Positions 26,701-32,000 of a stretch of DNA of 32,000 nucleotides are shown piece by piece. The number at the start of each line of letters is the position of its first letter. Position 1 is the first letter of the stretch. The DNA comes from Candidatus Heimdallarchaeota archaeon B3_Heim. Its GTDB lineage: Archaea; Asgardarchaeota; Heimdallarchaeia; Hodarchaeales; Hodarchaeaceae. The translations under genes and the position numbers were made by a program. Under the pieces are notes generated by a model, which was not told where the DNA came from, ran no database searches, and saw only the letters and a list, made by a program, of their open reading frames with translations. The DNA lies in the NCBI GenBank assembly GCA_003144275.1, contig NJBF01000023.1, forward strand, positions 30,001 to 62,000. The letters run 5' to 3'.

Positions 26701-27269
26701 GCTTACTTGAGGAAGATCCAGAAGTAGCCATTACCCTGATTAATACCGCATCAAAGAACTTAAAAGCTTTTGGGGAGAAGGGAATAAACATATATTCTAC
26801 TAAAATTGCCGAAATTTATGAAGAATTGTATAGATCACCCATTGGCAATCAATTAGCAATATCGGAAAGAGAAAATCTGCTAAGACATTTTAAGGAGAAT
26901 AATCAGAAGCAAGAAGAGGCAAAATTTCTTTTAACCTCCGCAAAAATAGCATTTACAGAAAATAATGTCAGTGATGGAATCGATCAAATTTACAAATCAA
27001 CAACACTATTTCAAGATCTAGAAGATAAGAATGGCCTATCCGAAATAGTTACTTTTTGTTTAAGAACTGCTTCACGATTTCAAGTAGGATCTCCAGAATA
27101 TAATTCGTTGTCACAACATGCTACGGCAATTCAGGATGGAGGAATTACTCTGTCTGATGAACAAACACAAGAAGCTTTTGGAGATTTATATGATGGAATC
27201 CTAGATGATATGACCACGTTATTTGATCCAAAAGAAAAGAGAAAACGGATGAAACAGAAAAAGAAATGA
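23799..27269 (+). CDS. Large all-alpha helical-repeat (TPR/SNAP-like solenoid) protein, 1156 aa
   Basis: No TM or catalytic motif. Recurrent helix-pair patterns such as GNFEKAAKSYLQIA, GKLDDAATQLISIV and EQFEEAWAILQAL. Start set at ATG 23799 (SD GGTG); the track's 23703 overlaps the upstream gene. Confidence 0.75.
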   Translation: MSEVQKELEKAQAFETTGNFEKAAKSYLQIAKSIPDGQRSLKLYNKAFFSSQKTGKNALMFEYARLYYQQLLQEEQHKAIKELLPTFLDLSGRIRDKIDELKVEGKLEVLTWALDLYQLAGNQIGAYEISQDIGDTYFVFGKQLLSSGHLLGKEEKYNKGVELFNQAIESYQLISLDTTVMEKILVVKLEKINRFIDISRPAEAMEDTANLMRYFKTLNVDIRPYSQKDLSLRIAELLATKTLEKVQKQIDIARVLQKTASAGFIEAEEPGRVAPFLWSLAQIFDKNNKIEDFDTTSNEAFNAAIKNGNQDIAESILTYLFDQGKSICENTINSRMLLVKKGSVEFRNNKGVQYLLQRIKLAKTTDDEIVNQTTEYLFNYGQTMFDKKLRVRSLPYFEYCARTWWDLHQDTGRAREITTFLQSNFGDLLSEGKLDDAATQLISIVDLFTYFGDTEMAGDTAFSFAQTLGQEGKISYEYDFLERSYANFEKLKATEKLQSLIDYLIERSDPLFSHDENMKDNLQNFLELISKTGAAISIERQGEVLATTTYKLINSSLMDLASKYVEETFAIYSSYDKELAADFYFKIGTMLIENNQELAIEIISKSTQLAADESELEQIVLRNLQYLMDQALASPLLRTKLLIINQLESISSLVHKSAIFNTFLFPFVQNLAEKAMEPEYLSETNRYLMKTFTTYFEEDNSHPHLEEIIEWTNKFILSLDQPHLLTEMILLSLNFHEKTNKPDQFITFIWPIMEKLSSEKEDFQKAITIYRQTFSFLKRLNAENEEFTDKVVSLLDRDQKSRIHDEQFEEAWAILQALFQILTETDMKTQAVRLYKDNAVLFAPLRLDLALTMWAQASDEAKCLENSREVIGGICSDIKEHGLTVYKEQQNLPAVLQLYNQIIELNLAIENLVGVTDNSIERSKYLLMTGDFTSLLEWGEKSLRLSIEKKLIDLLVEITNMFYSAGRSLLEEDPEVAITLINTASKNLKAFGEKGINIYSTKIAEIYEELYRSPIGNQLAISERENLLRHFKENNQKQEEAKFLLTSAKIAFTENNVSDGIDQIYKSTTLFQDLEDKNGLSEIVTFCLRTASRFQVGSPEYNSLSQHATAIQDGGITLSDEQTQEAFGDLYDGILDDMTTLFDPKEKRKRMKQKKK

Positions 27270-27362
27270 GAGATGACATAGTCTCTGGATTATGAAAAAG
27301 AAGGGAGGGGCCTTATAGGTAATCCTTTGGAAGAGTAATTATTCTGTATTAAAAATCACGGA

Positions 27363-27932
27363 TTGATTACAATTATGCTTGACTCTTTAATTCGATCACG
27401 AAGAGCGTTCAGGGCTCTTCAACCAGTGGAAATTTCCCCTGAAGAAGTAAAAAATATTGCTGAACTTGTTTCATTAAGTCCAAGCTGCATGAATAACCAA
27501 CCTTGGCGTTACATCTTTGTTCAAGATCCAGATACTCTCCAAACACTTTTTACTGCCTTAAGTCGAGGGAATGCATGGGCAAAAAATGCATCAATGATTG
27601 TAGCTGTACATTCAGAAGCAAGCTTAGACTGTCAGATTTCAGAACGTGATCCTTACTTTTTATTTGATACAGGTATGGCAACAGCCTATCTAATCTTATT
27701 ACTTACAGAAATGGGGTTGGTAGCACATCCTATAGCAGGTTATGATCTGGAAAAATCGAAAGAAATTCTCAAAATTCCCAAGGATAAGTCACTAATCACC
27801 TTAATTGTTGTAGGTAAGCATACTTCTGTTTTTCCTGAAGAAATGAGTGAAAAACAACGTGCAAGCGAACCACAGAGACCTAAGCGAAAATCTGTTGAAG
27901 AATTTATTTCCTTTAACCAATATTCTGAATAA
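27363..27932 (+). CDS. Nitroreductase family protein
   Basis: IRSRRAFR, SPSCMNNQPWRYIFV and DTGMA motifs. The start may be ATG 27375. Confidence 0.92.
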   Translation: MITIMLDSLIRSRRAFRALQPVEISPEEVKNIAELVSLSPSCMNNQPWRYIFVQDPDTLQTLFTALSRGNAWAKNASMIVAVHSEASLDCQISERDPYFLFDTGMATAYLILLLTEMGLVAHPIAGYDLEKSKEILKIPKDKSLITLIVVGKHTSVFPEEMSEKQRASEPQRPKRKSVEEFISFNQYSE

Positions 27933-27960
27933 CCGACTGGTAGTCTACATGCTTGGAAAT

Positions 27961-28530
27961 TTATGCAGATATCAATAGTTCTGGTTCTTCTTCTTCACGA
28001 AGTGGAAAAACATAGTGAATAGTAGAATGGTTCAAGGATAGATCATGTTCGACAAACCCACAGGCACGAAAACCTTGTTTTAGTAGAAAAGTGTGAACAT
28101 TAACCAGCTGTTCATCTGCAAACCCGCGTAAAATAGTGTACTGAGTATTCTTTTTAGCAAACCGCTTAATATGCTCCATTAATTGCTTCCCATAGCCTAG
28201 TCCTCGATACTGCTTCCCAATGATCAAAGATAATATGAAAATTCCCCGACTAAAGAAATCAATAACTGCATATCCTACGATGGATTCACTGGATTCTTGT
28301 TGCTCTGGACTATCTTCTTGCTCTTCTTTTTCCTCAGGAGCTGGTTTGGCAATACATGCAATAAAGACTTTTCCCTTTTCAGGTACTTGCACGTAAAAAT
28401 TAATGCGACCTTTCTCACTTTTGAGAACTGTGGAGCCATGTACGGTATAAATATCTGATTCTAGTAAAGCTAACTTTACAGATGGCCAATCTCCCTCCTG
28501 ATAATCCCGAACAGTAATTTTTTCACTCAT
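27961..28530 (-). CDS. GNAT family N-acetyltransferase
   Basis: Acetyl-CoA motif QYRGLGYGKQLM, plus FLLKQGFRACG. Start ATG 28530 has SD GGGAG; the alternative is 28554. Confidence 0.85.
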   Translation of the reverse strand: MSEKITVRDYQEGDWPSVKLALLESDIYTVHGSTVLKSEKGRINFYVQVPEKGKVFIACIAKPAPEEKEEQEDSPEQQESSESIVGYAVIDFFSRGIFILSLIIGKQYRGLGYGKQLMEHIKRFAKKNTQYTILRGFADEQLVNVHTFLLKQGFRACGFVEHDLSLNHSTIHYVFPLREEEEPELLISA

Positions 28531-28627
28531 TGATACTCCCGCTTTTTCATTCATTATGACCTATAAAACTATTCGTAGAAATAATATAAAGAAAAAGAGG
28601 AAGAAATGATGAATATTATTCAAGTAG

Positions 28628-29026
28628 CTAAATTTTATCCCAAGCAGCAGATACTCGTTCACCAGTTTTCTTGATAACGGGTGCCATAGCCTCGTGAGAA
28701 GTAAATCCTAATTCAGCTGCTATCTTCATAATTGACACATGTGCCACTTTAATTTCTGAATCTTCTTCATAAACAACAAAGCTACAGGGAAATAAAGTTC
28801 CAACATCTTTGTGTACATCCAAAGCAGCCTTTGCTAGATCGGCACCACATGCCATGATGCTAGTATATCGAGGATAGTCTTTAACACCCAATTTTTTTTC
28901 GATAACCTGATCAATTGCTTTAGTTAATAATACAGTAAAGCCTTCACTAGCTACAATAGTTTGTACATGTTCCACAGTCTCATCAAAGGACATATTTGTA
29001 ATTGTTTTACGTAAGATTTCCACCAT
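28628..29026 (-). CDS. DUF302 domain protein
   Basis: Pattern SFDETVEHV...EGFTVL...KKLG...IMACGADLA...GTLFPCSFVVYE. Confidence 0.85.
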   Translation of the reverse strand: MVEILRKTITNMSFDETVEHVQTIVASEGFTVLLTKAIDQVIEKKLGVKDYPRYTSIMACGADLAKAALDVHKDVGTLFPCSFVVYEEDSEIKVAHVSIMKIAAELGFTSHEAMAPVIKKTGERVSAAWDKI

Positions 29027-29161
29027 AAAAACTCACTAAACGGTGTGATTTAATGAATCTTTTAGTATTTATCTCTGCTAAAATCGTTTGAAATGGTTCC
29101 GTATTTTTTTTTTCTGATTAAACCAATATTTGCTCACGATTAATAATGGAATCTCCATTCA

Positions 29162-31132
29162 TTAGGTGAGATCTGAACGGATTTTTTCGTAAAAATCCAA
29201 TGCTTCTGGATTAGAAAGAGCTTCCCGATTCGTAACAGGTCTACCATGAATAATATTGGTAACTGCCATTTCAACTTTTTTCAAACTGAAAGTATAGGGA
29301 ATATCAGGTGTTTCAAGGATAAGAGAAGGTACATGTCTAGGAGATGCTTTTGAGCGTAATTCTTTCTTTATTTTTGACTTTAATTCATTAGTAAGAACAG
29401 ATTTAGGCGCCAATTTGACGAAAAGTATGATTCTCTGATCATTCTTCCATTTTTGGCCAATCGTAAGACTATCTGCAACTTCAGGTAGTGCTTCCACAAT
29501 ATTATATATCTCTGATGTACCGATACGAACCCCTGATGGTTTTAACACTGCATCTGAGCGTCCAAGAACAGTCATTCCACCTGTATCACTGTGAATAATA
29601 ATATAATCTCCATGTCTCCAAACTTTTCTTTCAAGCGTATCAAAAAAATTGAAATAGGCATTTTTATATCGCCTATTATCTGGATCATCCCAAAAATAGA
29701 GAGGCATACTTGGAGATGGGGTTTCACAGACAAGTTCAGCCTGTTGATCTCGTACGGGATTACCACCTTCATCATACGCTTCAATACTCATCCCTAAAGC
29801 ACTTGCTTGAAGTTGACCAGCGTAAACAGGAAGAATAGGGCAACCACCAGCAAAAATAGCATTCAGATCAGAGCCTCCTGTAATAGAGTTAAAATGCAAA
29901 TCTGCTTTTATTGCTGAATACATCCATTCGTTAACCTCCGCTGAAATAGGAGATGCGGTCTGAGAAATAACTCTTAGAGACGAAAGATCATGATCTTTAC
30001 CTGGTTCGGCTCGTATTCCATGTAGATAATGCAGATAACTTGCTGATGTACCAAAAATCGATATTTTTTCTTCTTCAATTATTTTCCACATAGCTCTCCA
30101 ATCAGGAAAGAGAGGATTCCCATCATAGAGAAGAATTGTGGCTCCTACTGCCAACGACGATGTAAGCCAATTCCACATCATCCATGAGGGAGAAGTTATG
30201 TAATTTATACGATCACTCCTTTTCAGATCTGTGTGTAAAATTAAATCTCTCAATTGTGTTAAGAGAACACCACCTGCACCTTGAACCATAGACTTTGGCT
30301 TACCTGTTGTACCTGAACTAAACATGACATATCCAGGATGATTAAATTCTACCTGCTCAAATTGTATTTCAGCATTAGCTATTGGGGAAGAAAATTCTTC
30401 CATAGTAACAGCTTTGGGGATTGTAGAGATATCTAAATTTCTCTTTTTTGTATATGGTGTAACTATTACCTTTTCAACTGAATTTAAACCCTCTACCACT
30501 TTTCTTACATTGGGTAGTAAATTAATTGATACCCCTTTGTAGAAATAACCATCAGATACGAACAGTACTTTCGGTTTAATCTGGCCTAGTCGATCAAGTA
30601 CAGCATCTGAACCTAATTCCCCACCCGTAGATGCCCAGGTTGCTCCTAAACTAGTTGCAGCTAACATTGCAATGGTAGTTTCTATCAAATTAGGCTGGTA
30701 TGCAGCTACAAAATCTCCTTTTCTTACGCCCATTTTCCGCAATGAAGTTGAAAGCTGAGCTACTTTTAGATTAAGTTCAGAATATGTCATTACTTCACGA
30801 TATTTGGTTTCTCCACGAAATATGAATGCATATTGATCATCTTTATACCTTAACAAATTTTCAGCAAAGTTTAGTCTCGCTCCTGGAAACCATTCGTTAC
30901 CAATGAATTGATCTAGATTTTCCCCAACTTTGGTGTACTTACGTGAGGAAATTATCCCTGTAAAGTCCCACAAAGTCGCCCAAAAATCCATCATATTATT
31001 TGTTGACCATTCATGCAGTTGTGAATAATTTGATAACTGTAAATTATACTTTTTGTTTACATTTTTCATGAAACGAGTCATATTTGAGTTTTCAATTTGC
31101 CTTGCTGATGGTTTCCATAACAGTTTTGCCAA
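29162..31132 (-). CDS. Acetoacetate--CoA ligase (acetoacetyl-CoA synthetase)
   Basis: LWKPS, WFPGARLNFAENLL, FSSGTTGKPK, MMWNWL, WRHGD, GRSDAVLKPSGVRIGTSEIY, SPRHVP and KKVEMAV. TTG start with SD GGAG. Confidence 0.93.
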   Translation of the reverse strand: MAKLLWKPSARQIENSNMTRFMKNVNKKYNLQLSNYSQLHEWSTNNMMDFWATLWDFTGIISSRKYTKVGENLDQFIGNEWFPGARLNFAENLLRYKDDQYAFIFRGETKYREVMTYSELNLKVAQLSTSLRKMGVRKGDFVAAYQPNLIETTIAMLAATSLGATWASTGGELGSDAVLDRLGQIKPKVLFVSDGYFYKGVSINLLPNVRKVVEGLNSVEKVIVTPYTKKRNLDISTIPKAVTMEEFSSPIANAEIQFEQVEFNHPGYVMFSSGTTGKPKSMVQGAGGVLLTQLRDLILHTDLKRSDRINYITSPSWMMWNWLTSSLAVGATILLYDGNPLFPDWRAMWKIIEEEKISIFGTSASYLHYLHGIRAEPGKDHDLSSLRVISQTASPISAEVNEWMYSAIKADLHFNSITGGSDLNAIFAGGCPILPVYAGQLQASALGMSIEAYDEGGNPVRDQQAELVCETPSPSMPLYFWDDPDNRRYKNAYFNFFDTLERKVWRHGDYIIIHSDTGGMTVLGRSDAVLKPSGVRIGTSEIYNIVEALPEVADSLTIGQKWKNDQRIILFVKLAPKSVLTNELKSKIKKELRSKASPRHVPSLILETPDIPYTFSLKKVEMAVTNIIHGRPVTNREALSNPEALDFYEKIRSDLT

Positions 31133-31226
31133 TGAAAGTGACTCCTACAGATTTAGATTACCCAACCAGATATATTAAATTTCTTGATAGTATTTTCTTC
31201 TCTATTTGTATCGTAGGTCCCAGCAT

Positions 31227-32000
31227 TTAAACGGGTAGTAATGAAGTTAGAATCCAAACGAATAACAAACTATTGAATACAGCTCCAGGTACGATAGAGT
31301 TACTTAGATGATACCAGAACCATGAAATCAATGATCCAGCAATGATAAATAAGCCCAATACCCAATAAAATTGTATGGATAGCGTGATTAATCCACCTGG
31401 TAACAAGTTAATATCAAAAACTATCCGTGGGATGTAAATACAACCAACTACGAGAAGAAATGGCCAAACTTTCGCTACAAGTAATCGACCGATTTGTGTA
31501 AGATCTTCTCGGAAGGCAGATCCATTGTTTGGTGTAGTAAGATCCGCGTGAAATAGTAACCCATCAATAAGGAAATAAATCAGGAATAAGGGCAAGAGAA
31601 TTACAAAACTCACAATTCTAGGAAAAATCAGCAAGTTTGAGAAGAAAGCGATGATAAATCCCAACTGGATTGAGAAAAAATTGTTTAAAATAAACATAAT
31701 CCCATAAAGGCTTGCGATAATACCACAAACAAGACCAACACCTCTTTTCACCCACCATACTCTTCTATCCTTCTTCAAAACTTCCCTAAGAGAATGGTTC
31801 ATTTCAAAATAGGAAGAAAATAAGTATATAATAGCAAACAGAATAGAGTTGATCATAAGAAACCATAATGCAATAGAAGGCGCGAATGTCATCGGGGGAA
31901 CAGGAATAAATGTTCCTATCAGCATTACTGGAAAATATAGCACGATCACCAAGGATCCCCAAACTAGACCTGTCTTTTTGAGAGAGGGTTTCTCAAAATC
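31227..32000 (-). CDS. Polytopic membrane protein, C-terminal part (5' end beyond window)
   Basis: The frame is open to the edge (DFEKPSLKKTGLVWGSLVIV...) and has about 7 TM helices. The ending WYHLSNSIVPGAVFNSLL resembles tails of membrane-anchored hydrolase fusions, but this is not established. Confidence 0.7.
   Translation of the reverse strand, partial: DFEKPSLKKTGLVWGSLVIVLYFPVMLIGTFIPVPPMTFAPSIALWFLMINSILFAIIYLFSSYFEMNHSLREVLKKDRRVWWVKRGVGLVCGIIASLYGIMFILNNFFSIQLGFIIAFFSNLLIFPRIVSFVILLPLFLIYFLIDGLLFHADLTTPNNGSAFREDLTQIGRLLVAKVWPFLLVVGCIYIPRIVFDINLLPGGLITLSIQFYWVLGLFIIAGSLISWFWYHLSNSIVPGAVFNSLLFVWILTSLLPV

Noticed and set aside
29572-29797. ORFs 29572-29784 and 29591-29797
   Set aside because: Both are internal to the acetoacetate-CoA ligase gene.
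1-32000. CRISPR array, rRNA, tRNA, intact transposase or prophage
   Set aside because: I saw no regularly spaced direct repeats, RNA gene signatures or mobile-element genes on reading. A tool scan would be needed to exclude short or intron-containing tRNAs.

Overview
AT-rich archaeal chromosomal window. It is most likely from an Asgard (Heimdallarchaeia/Hodarchaeales-like) genome. That assignment is inferred from the DGGGP-synthase-like UbiA, the thiolase/DUF35 pair, a PGF-CTERM-type anchor, GAGGTG/GGTGA Shine-Dalgarno sites, T-rich terminators and a large helical-repeat protein; it was not confirmed by a search. Left to right: a CPBP protease (cut by the edge) and UbiA prenyltransferase; a divergent thiolase-like gene with a DUF35 partner; pyruvate kinase; a decayed zone with a broken oppB paralog; an orphan OppD-type ATPase; a family-5 solute-binding protein converging on an oppBCDF operon; small membrane proteins; a double FtsX permease; an ArsB/NhaD-family transporter and a 1156-aa alpha-solenoid; nitroreductase; GNAT; DUF302; acetoacetate-CoA ligase; and a membrane protein cut by the edge. 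I saw no rRNA, tRNA, CRISPR array or intact mobile element. The strongest leads are four. (1) The OppC permease carries a ~305-aa extracellular FG-GAP/VCBS (integrin-alpha-like) repeat domain in a loop that is normally only a few residues long. (2) The thiolase-fold protein has Gly at the catalytic Cys position and is paired with a DUF35 protein, like Ltp2-type aldolases. (3) A perfect 20-bp palindrome lies upstream of the binding-protein gene. (4) A probable ATT-initiated small gene, missed by the ORF track, ends the opp operon. All protein calls are from motif recognition by eye.
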